Shown here one piece after another: positions 29,503 to 39,709 of a DNA stretch of 64,000 bases. A model generated the notes under the pieces. It made no database searches and was not told where the DNA came from. It saw only the letters and a program-made list of their open reading frames with translations. A program made the position numbers and the translations under genes. The DNA comes from Nitrospirales bacterium (GTDB lineage: Bacteria > Nitrospirota > Nitrospiria > Nitrospirales > UBA8639). The DNA lies in NCBI GenBank assembly GCA_965223295.1, contig CBDCWC010000003.1, positions 544,001-608,000 of the forward strand, read 5' to 3'. The first letter of the stretch is position 1. Each line of letters begins with the position of its first letter.

Positions 29503-30114
29503 ATGGGTCCCTCTGACTTCTTTGAAACATCCGCCCGCGCGTGCGGATTTCGTCAGATCGCAGGACTGGATGAAGCCGGCCGAGGCCCATTAGCCGGTCC
29601 AGTTGTTGCGGCGGTTGTCCTTCTTCCCAAACGATATTCCGCAGAAATTCTAGACGACTCCAAACTCCTCTCCGCAGATCAGCGCCAGACCCTCTTTACC
29701 ACCATCACCACCCATGCTCATGCTTGGGCTATCGGGACCGCTTCCGAGCAAGAAATCGATGATTTGAACATTTTAGGTGCCACGAAATTAGCAGGACATC
29801 GAGCCATTCACAATCTTCCTTCCCTACCTGATTATGTGCTTCTGGACGCCCTTCATCTTCCTTCCATCGTCATTCCTCAACGTCCTATTATCAAAGGTGA
29901 TCAACTCTCTATTTCAATTGCCGCCGCCTCCATCCTAGCCAAAGTCTGGCGGGATCGCATTATGGAGGGTTATCACGAACAATTTCCCGACTACCACTTT
30001 CATATTCACAAGGGCTATCCAACTCCAGAGCATCTGAAACGTTTACAACAGTTCGGGCCTTGCCCCGGTCATCGACGAAGCTTTCGACCGGTTCAAAACT
30101 GCCTGGATGCCTGA
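29503..30114 (+). CDS. rnhB: Ribonuclease HII
   Basis: GLDEAGRGPLAGPV, DSK, IAAASILAKV. Confidence 0.95.
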   Translation: MGPSDFFETSARACGFRQIAGLDEAGRGPLAGPVVAAVVLLPKRYSAEILDDSKLLSADQRQTLFTTITTHAHAWAIGTASEQEIDDLNILGATKLAGHRAIHNLPSLPDYVLLDALHLPSIVIPQRPIIKGDQLSISIAAASILAKVWRDRIMEGYHEQFPDYHFHIHKGYPTPEHLKRLQQFGPCPGHRRSFRPVQNCLDA

Positions 30115-30123
30115 ACCACCCCT

Positions 30124-30510
30124 ATGTCCACATCTTCTCATGCCTTTGGCGAATCAGCAGAGGCCTTGGCGGAACAGACCCTTCGGGAGAAAGGTTATCG
30201 CATTCTTGAGAAAAATTTGCGCATCGCCGGAGGGGAGTTGGACCTCATTGCCGAGGACCATGGTATTGTCGTCTTTGTTGAAGTAAAGGCCAGACGCGGC
30301 ACTCAATTCGGCGGGGCTTCCTATGCTCTGACCCCACGCAAACAACGGCAAATCATCAAATTGGCCTTGTGTTATCTTTCCCAGCGTGGTTTAACCAATA
30401 CAGAATGCCGTTTTGATGCTATTCTGGTGACGGAGTCCGATGAGGGTTTACTTGAATTAACACACATTGAACAGGCATTTGAGGTTTCCAGCTCGGACTG
30501 GCAATGGTAA
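30124..30510 (+). CDS. yraN: YraN family protein
   Basis: GELDLIA...VFVEVKAR...RFD. Confidence 0.9.
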   Translation: MSTSSHAFGESAEALAEQTLREKGYRILEKNLRIAGGELDLIAEDHGIVVFVEVKARRGTQFGGASYALTPRKQRQIIKLALCYLSQRGLTNTECRFDAILVTESDEGLLELTHIEQAFEVSSSDWQW

Positions 30511-30671
30511 ATTAACAGAACACCCTCGGGAATTTGGATGAGGCTCGATCCATTCGATCTTCGGCAAATCTTGCTCGTAGGTGATTAAACGTACAGCTGG
30601 CCGTGGGCCGACGGATCTCCTTGACGACAACCTGCAAGACACTCTGCTTCACATATTCCTAACGCCACTTC

Positions 30672-31340
30672 ATGATTCAATTATTTCACGTCACAAAATA
30701 TTATGAAGGCTGCCTCGCTCTTTCGGATATCTCTCTTCGAATCGAAAAAGGTGAGTGTGTGTTACTCACCGGCCCAAGTGGTGCAGGCAAAACCACCTTA
30801 CTCAAACTGATCTTTGGGTCAGAACATCCCGATGAGGGCCAAATTCTTGTTCAAAATCGGAACATTGCCCGGCTTCGTCGAGCCGATGTGCCCTATCACC
30901 GCCGCACAATGGGATTTGTCTTACAAGACTTCAAGCTGCTGTCTCATAGGACCGTGTTTGAAAATGTCGCGCTTCCCCTTATCATTCGAGGATTATCGTC
31001 CGTAGAATCCAGGCGAAAAGTGGTGGAAGCACTTCGCGCGGTAGGAATGGACCATAAACAAACAGCCCTGGCCGCCTTGCTCTCTGCTGGAGAACAGCAA
31101 CGTGTATGCATTGCCCGGGCCATCGTCAATAGCCCCATTATTCTGTTGGCAGACGAACCAACTGGGAACTTAGACCCACAACTTACAACGGAAATCGCTG
31201 AACTCTTTAAAGCCATCAATGCCCGCGGGACAACAGTGATGATGGCCACCCATAATCGACAAGTCGTGGAACAATTAAATGGAAGGATTCTGCAACTTGA
31301 TTGTGGGCACCTGCTCTCTGATCGAGGTGCCTACGCATGA
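30672..31340 (+). CDS. ftsE: Cell division ATP-binding protein FtsE
   Basis: [25 protein letters not shown]; followed by ftsX. Confidence 0.92.
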   Translation: MIQLFHVTKYYEGCLALSDISLRIEKGECVLLTGPSGAGKTTLLKLIFGSEHPDEGQILVQNRNIARLRRADVPYHRRTMGFVLQDFKLLSHRTVFENVALPLIIRGLSSVESRRKVVEALRAVGMDHKQTALAALLSAGEQQRVCIARAIVNSPIILLADEPTGNLDPQLTTEIAELFKAINARGTTVMMATHNRQVVEQLNGRILQLDCGHLLSDRGAYA

Positions 31341-32236
31341 AACGTTTATGGTATTTTTTGCGGGAAGCCTTCATCAGTCTTAAAACACACCGCGCCAGCA
31401 CGCTAATTGGAATCATCACCACAGCCTTCACCCTGACCAGCTTTGGAACATTTCTCCTTTTATACTATAACGTGCATAATTTGATTGGACGGGTCCAACA
31501 CAACATTCAAATCATTGTCTACCCCAAAGACGATATCCAACCCCAAATACTGCAAAACCTCAAAAAAACCATTCGAACAGACCCAGCTATCGACTCGTTG
31601 ACGCTGATTTCCAAAAAAGACGCTGTACAAGATTTCAAAAGTCAGTTTCCCGAGGAATCCTATTTACTTGAAGGTTTAGGTAAAAGTCCATTTCCGGCCT
31701 CTCTGGTTTTAACGTTAGCGGACAACATTCCCTCGACTGATACTGTTTCTCATCTCGTGAATCGTTTACAGCACCATCCTCATGTCGAACGTGTTCAGTA
31801 CAACCGCGACTGGATTGAACGATTAGCACTCGTGATTACGTATGTGGAAGTCGGAGCCTTAATCGTGGGAGGCGTCCTGGCTCTGGCCTCTCTCACCATC
31901 ATTGCCAACACGGTCCAACTGGCGTTTTATACCCGCCAAGAGGAAATTGAAATTTTACGCTTAATTGGAGGCACCAATCTCTTTATCAGCGTCCCCTATC
32001 TCATTGAAGGAGCCCTAATTGGGGGGCTTGGAGGTGCATTCGCTGTTGGGTTTCTGCGAGCTGGATTCGAGTTTTTTCAACATAAAACGCACACCTTAAG
32101 CGTCATTGGCGGCTTTTCATCAGTTTTTGAATTTTTCCCCTTTTCCCTTGCCCTACTCCTCATTACCGGAGGAATCTTGTTAGGATGCCTCGGGACACTG
32201 ACGAGCATGTATGGATGGATGCGATTTCGGCTATGA
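31337..32236 (+). CDS. ftsX: Cell division permease FtsX
   Basis: IIANTVQL...EEIEILRLIGGT...PYLIEG. Confidence 0.9.
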   Translation: MKRLWYFLREAFISLKTHRASTLIGIITTAFTLTSFGTFLLLYYNVHNLIGRVQHNIQIIVYPKDDIQPQILQNLKKTIRTDPAIDSLTLISKKDAVQDFKSQFPEESYLLEGLGKSPFPASLVLTLADNIPSTDTVSHLVNRLQHHPHVERVQYNRDWIERLALVITYVEVGALIVGGVLALASLTIIANTVQLAFYTRQEEIEILRLIGGTNLFISVPYLIEGALIGGLGGAFAVGFLRAGFEFFQHKTHTLSVIGGFSSVFEFFPFSLALLLITGGILLGCLGTLTSMYGWMRFRL

Positions 32237-33432
32237 CTATTTTTCGAACCTTCTTGCTCACCACGATCTGCCTGTCTGTACTCAACCTGTCGCTAAATCT
32301 TCCGCCTGGATTAGGTGCTGACCCCTCGGCTATCAAAAATGAGGTCAATCAGGAGCGCCAGCGCCTGGAAGAATTAAAGAAAAAAATCGCAGAGACCAAA
32401 AAAAAGGCCTCGAAAGCCAAAAAAAAGCATGGGTCAGTCCTCAAAAATATTGAACAACTTGATCAACGGCTGTATCGCAAAAAAAAGGAACGGAACCGAA
32501 TTGACGCACAAATAAAGAAAAAAGATCAGGAACTGGCTATTCTTGGTGATCAAATTACCGACTTGGAGAACAATATCCACAAGCATGCTGATGCCGTTTC
32601 AGCTCGACTTCGGTTGCTATACATGGAGGGCCGAACGGGCTACCTTAAAACCCTGTTTACGGCTCATACGTTTGCCGATGCGGCTCATCGCATGGATTAT
32701 ATTGCCTGGCTGGCTCAACGAGAGCATGAACTTGTCCGACAATTTCAAGAAGACCTGACCAATTTACAACTGTTGAAGGATCAACAGGCTGAGGATCGCG
32801 AAGCCTTGCTTGCCTTACAAGGTCAAACACGACATACGATAAAGGAAATTTCCGGACTGAAGCAAAAGAAACGTACCGTGTTGGTCAGCCTCTCCAAAGA
32901 AAAAGATACTCATGAACGCACGGTAGAAGATCTCCAGCGATCGGCTGAACAAGTCGATAGCCTGCTCAAAGCTTTAGACCAACGATTTAAAATAGCCCAG
33001 TCACGGTTGCGGAAAAAGCCTGCCAAACTACCTTCGCTTGGGTCGTTTCTATGGCCAGCTAAAGGAAAGGTCGTGTCATTTTTTGGTCGACAAAAACATC
33101 CCACCTTTGATACGTATGTCAACAAAAAGGGCATCGAGATCCAAGCTCGTGAAGGGAGCCCCATCCGTTCAGTCACAGACGGGAAGGTCGTGTATGCGGA
33201 TTGGTTGAAGGGTTACGGGTTGGTCGTCATCGTGGATCACACTAATGGCTTTTACTCACTCTACGCCCATGCCTCTAAACTATTGGTAGCCGAGGGCAAC
33301 ATGGTCACTACCGGACAAATCATTGGGCATACCGGAGCAACAGGTGTGACGGAAGACGATACGCTGTATTTTGAACTTCGAAAAGGTACGACGCCGATCG
33401 ATCCTCTCAAATGGCTCGCCAAGCGACCTTAA
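32233..33432 (+). CDS. envC: Murein hydrolase activator EnvC (coiled coil plus degenerate M23 domain)
   Basis: Coiled coil; WPAKG, GYGLVVIVDH, LYFELR. Confidence 0.85.
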   Translation: MTIFRTFLLTTICLSVLNLSLNLPPGLGADPSAIKNEVNQERQRLEELKKKIAETKKKASKAKKKHGSVLKNIEQLDQRLYRKKKERNRIDAQIKKKDQELAILGDQITDLENNIHKHADAVSARLRLLYMEGRTGYLKTLFTAHTFADAAHRMDYIAWLAQREHELVRQFQEDLTNLQLLKDQQAEDREALLALQGQTRHTIKEISGLKQKKRTVLVSLSKEKDTHERTVEDLQRSAEQVDSLLKALDQRFKIAQSRLRKKPAKLPSLGSFLWPAKGKVVSFFGRQKHPTFDTYVNKKGIEIQAREGSPIRSVTDGKVVYADWLKGYGLVVIVDHTNGFYSLYAHASKLLVAEGNMVTTGQIIGHTGATGVTEDDTLYFELRKGTTPIDPLKWLAKRP

Positions 33433-33459
33433 TCGATTAACTTAAAGAGGGAATACCAC

Positions 33460-34785
33460 ATGTCACAAGAAAGATTTTCGACTGTCCTGATTTCTGGTCT
33501 CATGTTGACCGCTATTCTGTTTGTCGGAATTTTCATCGGGAAAGGCGGAGATCAAACGGGGCATGCCAGCGAATCCTACGAAGAATTGCAGGTATTTGCA
33601 GAAGTCCTCTCCCAAGTCAAAAAGCATTATGTCGAAGAAACCAAAACGAAGGATCTAGTCCAAGGGGCCCTACGTGGCATGTTGGCCGGCTTGGACCCCC
33701 ATTCTTCCTTTATGACCACGGATATGTTCAAAGAAATGCAAGTGGAAACCAAGGGGGAATTTGGCGGGTTAGGCATTCAGATTGGGATTAAAGACAACCG
33801 GCTGACCGTCATTGCTCCTATAGAAGATACTCCCGCCTTCGCTGCTGGTATTCAGGCTGGGGATACGATTGTCCAAGTTGATGAAACTCCGACGAAAGAT
33901 CTAACCCTGATGGAAGCCGTCCAACATATGCGCGGTCCTCGAGGAACGTCTGTCGATTTAACAGTCTTACGTGAGGGCCTGGATGAACCGTTAGTCTTCA
34001 CGATTACCCGCGATATCATCAAAATTCAAAGTGTGCGCTCGAAACTCTTGGAAGGGAACTTGGGCTATGTACGACTGAGTCAATTTCAGGAAGCCTCATC
34101 AGAAGATTTAACCAAAGAACTGGAGAAATTAACGTCCAAAGACAAAGACATTCAAGGTTTAATTTTGGATCTGCGGAATAATCCCGGAGGCTTGTTAACA
34201 GCCGCCGTCGGTGTTTCAGAACAATTTTTGGAAGCCGGACGTTTAGTTGTCTCTATCCAAGGCCGGAATGGGAAAAAGGATGAATACCGAGCGCGGTCCA
34301 ACAGCAAACATTATGAATATCCTATGATTGTCCTGGTCAATCATGGTTCGGCCAGCGCATCCGAAATCGTCGCGGCTGCCATGCAAGATTGGGGGAAAGC
34401 GGTCGTCATTGGCACCACCAGCTTTGGCAAAGGGTCGGTACAAACCATCCTTCCTCTTTCCGATGGCTCAGGGTTGCGATTGACCACAGCGAAATATTAT
34501 ACGCCCAAAGGCAAATCCATCCATAAAATCGGGGTCCAGCCAGATATTGTCATTGATCCGAAAGCTATTCAATCGGCAAAGAAGGAAGAGGCGGATGAGA
34601 AGAAGGACGGGAAGAAATCAACCGTCAAAGAAGCGAAGACTTCAAAGTCCGACACAAAGCCACCTGCGACAGAAGAGGATCCCGATGCCCCTCAGCCCGT
34701 TCCACCAGAAGATGTGCAATTACTCAAGGCCGTGGAAATGTTGAAATCCTGGAAAGTCTTCAAACAAATAAAGCCAGCAGCATAA
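33460..34785 (+). CDS. ctpA: S41 C-terminal processing peptidase
   Basis: PDZ domain, DLRNNPGG, SASASEI, FGKGSVQ. Confidence 0.92.
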   Translation: MSQERFSTVLISGLMLTAILFVGIFIGKGGDQTGHASESYEELQVFAEVLSQVKKHYVEETKTKDLVQGALRGMLAGLDPHSSFMTTDMFKEMQVETKGEFGGLGIQIGIKDNRLTVIAPIEDTPAFAAGIQAGDTIVQVDETPTKDLTLMEAVQHMRGPRGTSVDLTVLREGLDEPLVFTITRDIIKIQSVRSKLLEGNLGYVRLSQFQEASSEDLTKELEKLTSKDKDIQGLILDLRNNPGGLLTAAVGVSEQFLEAGRLVVSIQGRNGKKDEYRARSNSKHYEYPMIVLVNHGSASASEIVAAAMQDWGKAVVIGTTSFGKGSVQTILPLSDGSGLRLTTAKYYTPKGKSIHKIGVQPDIVIDPKAIQSAKKEEADEKKDGKKSTVKEAKTSKSDTKPPATEEDPDAPQPVPPEDVQLLKAVEMLKSWKVFKQIKPAA

Positions 34786-34797
34786 AATGTGAACAGA

Positions 34798-34868
34798 AAA
34801 AAGGGAAATGTGCAAAGCAGGAAGGAAGAATGTGAATCCTCTGCATGATTATTCACGTTTCCCTTTTT
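34798..34868. terminator. Possible bidirectional terminator between convergent genes
   Basis: aaaaagggaaatgtg...cacgtttcccttttt. Confidence 0.45.
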
Positions 34869-34876
34869 ACGTCTGG

Positions 34877-35113
34877 CTAGAGATTGAGCACAATGGCCGT
34901 ATTCGTTTTCGTAATGCCATCTACTCCACGGATGCGGGTCATGACCAAGTCGTTTAGTTCTTCTAAAGTTTCCGCTTCAACCTGGGCAATCAAATCATGA
35001 GGTCCAGTGACAGGACACACAGCCTTCACACCTTGAATCCTGGTTAAAGTTTTATACGCACTTTTCGTATGATTGCCCGTCGTTTCAATAAGCACGAATG
35101 CAGAAATCGTCAT
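34877..35113 (-). CDS. Stand-alone Lrp/AsnC ligand-binding domain protein
   Basis: AFVLIET...VTGPHDLIA...IRGVDGITKTNT. Confidence 0.85.
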   Translation of the reverse strand: MTISAFVLIETTGNHTKSAYKTLTRIQGVKAVCPVTGPHDLIAQVEAETLEELNDLVMTRIRGVDGITKTNTAIVLNL

Positions 35114-35230
35114 AATAGTGAATCCTCTTTACAAACAGATGTGATCGTTTCTTATGCTCTTGCCAATCCTTGACGGAAAATTATAGCCGATGATGAAGTG
35201 CCCATGTCACACCATACGTTCATTCATTGG

Positions 35231-35701
35231 CTATTGCTCGTGACATACGGTACGCCTACTCCGAATAGCCTCCAGAATTTCTTCACTTCTCGCCCCTAAT
35301 CCTGGAAGAGTCCGTAGAAGGTGTGATTGAGCCAAGGCTTCTAAATCCTCCCACGTTCTTATCCCTAGTCGATAAAACAGATCATGGGCAATTGGCTCTG
35401 AAAAACCAGGAAGATGAACCCATTCGCGAATCGTTTCAGGGAGAGGCGTTTTGAGTTCTTCATAGGTTCGAATACGACCTGTTGCAAGAAACTCCCGAAT
35501 CTTACTTTCTAAATCCTTCCCGATACCTGGAATTTTTCGCAAATCCCCCCGGTCCGCAACATTCCCAACCTCTTCCGATAGAGCCAGAAGCGAATCGGCA
35601 GCTTTATGATACGCTTTTACTTTAAAGGGATTTTCTCCTCGTGCTGACAACAACCCAGCCATCGAGGCAAATATGGCAGCTAACTCCTGGTTGATCTTCA
35701 T
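35231..35701 (-). CDS. Stand-alone PolX N-terminal (8-kDa plus HhH) domain protein
   Basis: NQELAAIF...GENPFKVKAYHKAA...IPGIGK...KIREFL; no palm or PHP domain. Confidence 0.75.
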   Translation of the reverse strand: MKINQELAAIFASMAGLLSARGENPFKVKAYHKAADSLLALSEEVGNVADRGDLRKIPGIGKDLESKIREFLATGRIRTYEELKTPLPETIREWVHLPGFSEPIAHDLFYRLGIRTWEDLEALAQSHLLRTLPGLGARSEEILEAIRSRRTVCHEQ

Positions 35702-35865
35702 CGTAGAGCCGTCAATGAGAGATGTGTCAGCATAATCGCAGATATCAAGAACACATCTATATCATCATTCATTGTATGCGATACACGGCAAGCAAAACTA
35801 GTTGATCTTGATAAGTCCTTCGCCCCACGTCTAAAGGGGATACGCCTTTTGAAAAGTTTTGTTCA

Positions 35866-35895
35866 TTGACAAGAATTTCAAGAGTCCCGTAGGAT
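35866..35895 (+). promoter_or_regulatory. Sigma70-like promoter for thiSGE
   Basis: TTGACA-N18-TAGGAT. Confidence 0.45.
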
Positions 35896-35946
35896 CGTTT
35901 TTGACACTCACCCGCCAATAAATAATGTATTCATTCATGTTTGATC

Positions 35947-36186
35947 ATGAAAATTTTTGTCAATGGAGAAGAACAAGAACGGACCATACCTCTCACCGTG
36001 GCCAACCTCCTCCAGGAATTGGATTTACAAACCCAACACGTTGCGGTGGAAGTCAATCTCAAAATTCTTGACCGCTCCGACTTCCCCACCTGGAATCTTC
36101 AAGAAGGCGATAAGGTAGAAATTTTAAGCTTTATGGGTGGAGGTTCACCGAAGCATCGATTCTCAACAAGGCAGAACTTCTTATGA
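35947..36186 (+). CDS. thiS: Sulfur carrier ThiS with a C-terminal extension
   Basis: MKIFVNGE...VAVEVN...[13 protein letters not shown] followed by 13 more residues. Confidence 0.9.
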   Translation: MKIFVNGEEQERTIPLTVANLLQELDLQTQHVAVEVNLKILDRSDFPTWNLQEGDKVEILSFMGGGSPKHRFSTRQNFL

Positions 36187-36968
36187 GTAAGAATCCTCAC
36201 AATGATCCATTAATAATCGCAGGACGTGAGTTCCGATCACGGCTTTGGGTAGGAACCGGCAAATATAAAGATTTCAAGGAAACACGCCTTGCCATTGAGG
36301 CGTCCGGCGCCGATATCGTCACAGTGGCCGTTCGCCGCGTCAATATTACCGACAAAAATTCAGAAAATCTGCTGGACTATATTGACCCTAAAAAATATAC
36401 CATTCTTCCCAATACCGCGGGATGTTATACCGTCGACGATGCGGTTCGTTATTCCAGATTAGCCCGTGCCGCGGGAGTTTCAGACCTCGTGAAACTGGAA
36501 GTCATTGGCGATGAACGAACATTATTCCCTGATACCGCAGGTCTCATTGAAGCGGCTAAAATTCTGATCGCCGAAGGTTTTGTTGTTCTCCCCTATACGA
36601 ACGATGACCCCATTGTGGCCAAAAAACTGGTGGATATTGGGTGTCCAGCTGTCATGCCTCTAGCCGCGCCGATTGGTTCAGGCTTAGGCATTCGCAACCC
36701 ATACAATCTCAAGATACTCATGGAAAATGTGAACGTCCCTGTCATTGTTGATGCAGGCGTTGGTACAGCATCTGACGCCGCGTTGGCTATGGAATACGGG
36801 GCTGACGCTGTTCTCATGAATACGGCCATTGCCGGAGCCAACGACCCTATCATGATGGCCACCGCCATGCGCTACGCCGTAGATGCCGGACGACTCGCAT
36901 TCAAGGCCGGGAGAATTCCGCGTAAGCTTTATGCCACAGCGAGCAGCCCCATTGAGGGTATGTTGTAG
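36183..36968 (+). CDS. thiG: Thiazole synthase
   Basis: [29 protein letters not shown]. Confidence 0.97.
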   Translation: MSKNPHNDPLIIAGREFRSRLWVGTGKYKDFKETRLAIEASGADIVTVAVRRVNITDKNSENLLDYIDPKKYTILPNTAGCYTVDDAVRYSRLARAAGVSDLVKLEVIGDERTLFPDTAGLIEAAKILIAEGFVVLPYTNDDPIVAKKLVDIGCPAVMPLAAPIGSGLGIRNPYNLKILMENVNVPVIVDAGVGTASDAALAMEYGADAVLMNTAIAGANDPIMMATAMRYAVDAGRLAFKAGRIPRKLYATASSPIEGML

Positions 36969-36979
36969 TCACTCTGGCA

Positions 36980-37606
36980 ATGCCTCTCCCATCGCTGCCC
37001 CGCCTGTATCTTCTCACGGATCGCCAGAACACCTGTCAACGACCTCTCCAGGCCGTTGTTCGCCAAGCTGTCGATGCTGGAGTCCGCATGATTCAAATTC
37101 GTGAAAAAGATTTAGACACACGTCAATTGATGGACTTAACTCAAACGCTCTTACCACTGCTTGCACGACAAAAAGGATTCTTATTATTAAATGATCGAGT
37201 CGACCTCGTCTTAGCCCTTAAGGTAGATGGCGTACATCTGCGTTCAGATAGTCTTCCCCTTCCAATCGCTCGACGGATGTTAGGAACGAAAAAATTGATT
37301 GGCGTCTCAACACATTCCGTCAAGGAGGTTCGACAGGCAGAACGTGACGGCGCAAATTTCGTGGTCTTGGGTCCCATTTTTGAAACTCCTTCAAAACAAC
37401 GCTACGGTCCTCCCTTAGGTCTCTCAACTTTAGACACGGCTTGCCGGGAAAGCCGCATACCTCTTTATGCTATTGGCGGTATCAACTCCAAGAACGTTTC
37501 CTCAATCATGTCAACAGGCGCCTACGGTATTGCCGTCATCTCCTCCATTCTTCAAGCCGAAAACATACAGAACAGCACCCGCGAGCTGCTTTCACAACTC
37601 TCTTGA
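36980..37606 (+). CDS. thiE: Thiamine phosphate synthase
   Basis: QIREK, LNDR, GVH, GVSTH, AIGGI. Confidence 0.9.
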   Translation: MPLPSLPRLYLLTDRQNTCQRPLQAVVRQAVDAGVRMIQIREKDLDTRQLMDLTQTLLPLLARQKGFLLLNDRVDLVLALKVDGVHLRSDSLPLPIARRMLGTKKLIGVSTHSVKEVRQAERDGANFVVLGPIFETPSKQRYGPPLGLSTLDTACRESRIPLYAIGGINSKNVSSIMSTGAYGIAVISSILQAENIQNSTRELLSQLS

Positions 37607-37802
37607 TTTGTCAACAAGCATATCATCCTTCCGCAGCACGATACATTGGTTGACCCTTTTTTTTTTCAGGTGGTAGAATTCTTCAAGTCTTCTTTCTCGT
37701 GTTTCCCGTTGACAGTCCTCACCTCTATTGGTAAGGGAGACTCCCTCAAAGGAGTTATTGTCTTCATCGTTCGAGGAATTGTAGAAACGAATTGAGACGA
37801 TT

Positions 37803-39485
37803 ATGGGAATGAGAAAAACCGACGATCCCGCCCGAGAGATCCAAAAATTGCGGTCAGAGCTAGAGTCTTTAGAATTAGAAAGACAACAGCACTATGAATC
37901 TCGGCATCGGCTCGATCAAACCCAACGGAAAAATGAGCGCTTGGCCTCAAGTCTTCAAGAAGCCAAAACACAAATTGAAGCGCTCCGTAAAGAAGTTGAA
38001 AAGTTAACGGCTCCGCCCTCGACCTTTGCCATCTTTTACAGCACAAATCCGGATGGAACGGTGAATGTTTCTCTCGGCGGACGTAAACTCCGCGTCAGCC
38101 TCCATCCTTCTATTGCTTTAGACTCGCTCCAAACTGGGCAGGAAGTGATTCTGAACGAAGGACTGAATATCATCGAAGCACGAAGTTATGATCCGCAAGG
38201 TGAAATTGTGCATCTCAAGCAATTACTTGATGATGGGCGTGCAGTCGTCAGCTCACACCTGGACGATGAGCGTGTGGTTGAAATTTCCGACCACCTCAAA
38301 CCACAGTCCTTAAGTGTCGGCGATCATCTCTTGTTCGAATCTCGTTCTGGCTATGTCACAGAAAAACTACCTAAAGGCGAAATGGAAGAACTGGTCATCG
38401 AAGAAGTGCCAGATATTGCCTATGATCAGATCGGAGGGCTCGAAAAGGAATTGGAACAAGTCAAAGACGCCGTCGAACTTCCATTTCTTCATCCAGATCT
38501 TTTTGCCGAGCATCACTTATCTCCACCAAAAGGTGTACTTCTCTATGGACCACCTGGATGTGGAAAAACCTTGATTGCAAAAGCCGTTGCCAATTCTATT
38601 GCGAAAAAGCTTGGACATCTCAAAGGCAAAGAGATCCGCAGTTATTTCCTACATGTGAAAGGGCCAGAACTCCTGAATAAATACGTGGGCGAATCAGAGC
38701 GCCAAATCCGAGAAGTCTTTGCCAAGGCCAAAGAGAAAGCGTCTTATGGTCATCCGGTTATCGTCTTTTTTGATGAAATGGATGCCTTGTTTCGAACGAG
38801 AGGAACTGGAATTTCATCAGATATTGAATCGACGATTGTGCCACAGTTCCTGTCAGAGATAGACGGCGTGGAAAGTCTTCGCGATGTGATAGTCATCGGT
38901 GCCAGCAACAGACAGGACTTGATTGACCCTGCCGTCCTTCGGCCTGGCCGATTAGACATCAAAATCAAAATCCCTCGTCCAGACAAACAGGGAGCCAAAG
39001 ATATTCTTGGGAAATATCTCATGGCTGACCTTCCACTTGCCGAATCCGTGATGACGGAGCAAAAACACGATCGGCCTGCCTGCGTTCAACATCTCATCGA
39101 TACGACGGTAGAAGCCATGTATGCCAAAACAGAGGAAAATCAGTTCCTTGAGGTCACGTATGCAAATGGAGAAAAAGAAACGGTGTACTTTAAAGATTTT
39201 TCCAGCGGTGCATTAATCGAAAGTATCGTGGCTCGCGCCAAGAAGCTCTCCATCAAACGTACGCTGGCAGGAGGCGAGAAAGGTCTGACGAATCAGGATT
39301 TTCTAGATGCGATTCGGGAAGAATTCAAAGAGCAGGAAGATTTGCCAAATACAACACATCCTGATGATTGGGCAAAAATCGCGGGGAAAAAAGGTGAAAA
39401 AATCATTCACGTCCGAACCTTGACCGATGATGGGGACGCCGAATCTCGTGAAATCCAGACTATGAACGTCGGTCACTATTTTTAA
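37803..39485 (+). CDS. arc: Proteasome-associated ATPase ARC/Mpa
   Basis: N-terminal coiled coil, GPPGCGKT, KGPELLNKYVGE, C-terminal GHYF (HbYX-like). Confidence 0.95.
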   Translation: MGMRKTDDPAREIQKLRSELESLELERQQHYESRHRLDQTQRKNERLASSLQEAKTQIEALRKEVEKLTAPPSTFAIFYSTNPDGTVNVSLGGRKLRVSLHPSIALDSLQTGQEVILNEGLNIIEARSYDPQGEIVHLKQLLDDGRAVVSSHLDDERVVEISDHLKPQSLSVGDHLLFESRSGYVTEKLPKGEMEELVIEEVPDIAYDQIGGLEKELEQVKDAVELPFLHPDLFAEHHLSPPKGVLLYGPPGCGKTLIAKAVANSIAKKLGHLKGKEIRSYFLHVKGPELLNKYVGESERQIREVFAKAKEKASYGHPVIVFFDEMDALFRTRGTGISSDIESTIVPQFLSEIDGVESLRDVIVIGASNRQDLIDPAVLRPGRLDIKIKIPRPDKQGAKDILGKYLMADLPLAESVMTEQKHDRPACVQHLIDTTVEAMYAKTEENQFLEVTYANGEKETVYFKDFSSGALIESIVARAKKLSIKRTLAGGEKGLTNQDFLDAIREEFKEQEDLPNTTHPDDWAKIAGKKGEKIIHVRTLTDDGDAESREIQTMNVGHYF

Positions 39486-39574
39486 CTAAACCATAGTCCA
39501 CTGAATGGGCCAGATGAATATTTCTCAAAAAAAGCTGGCTCATTCCCTGGAAGAAGTCAATACCAATGACCCAC

Positions 39575-39695
39575 GGGAATGGTCAAAAAAGTCGCCCAGC
39601 AAGTCCGCAGTCATTTTGATGCGCGGAGCGTACTTCCAGTACGTGAGCACGACAAAATGGCGAGAACGCTGGTGTTGGCTTTTTTCACCATTCCC
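39575..39695. repeat. MITE-like repeat, copy 2
   Basis: gggaatggtcaaaaaag / cttttttcaccattccc terminal inverted repeats. Confidence 0.75.
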
Positions 39696-39709
39696 TGCAT
39701 GAGGTTTCC

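Noticed and set aside
35702-35946. TPP riboswitch upstream of thiSGE
   Set aside because: No CTGAGA or ACCTG...TAAT core was found.
39505-39702. Small ORF between arc and dop as Pup
   Set aside because: It is a translation of the MITE and lacks a GGE/GGQ end.
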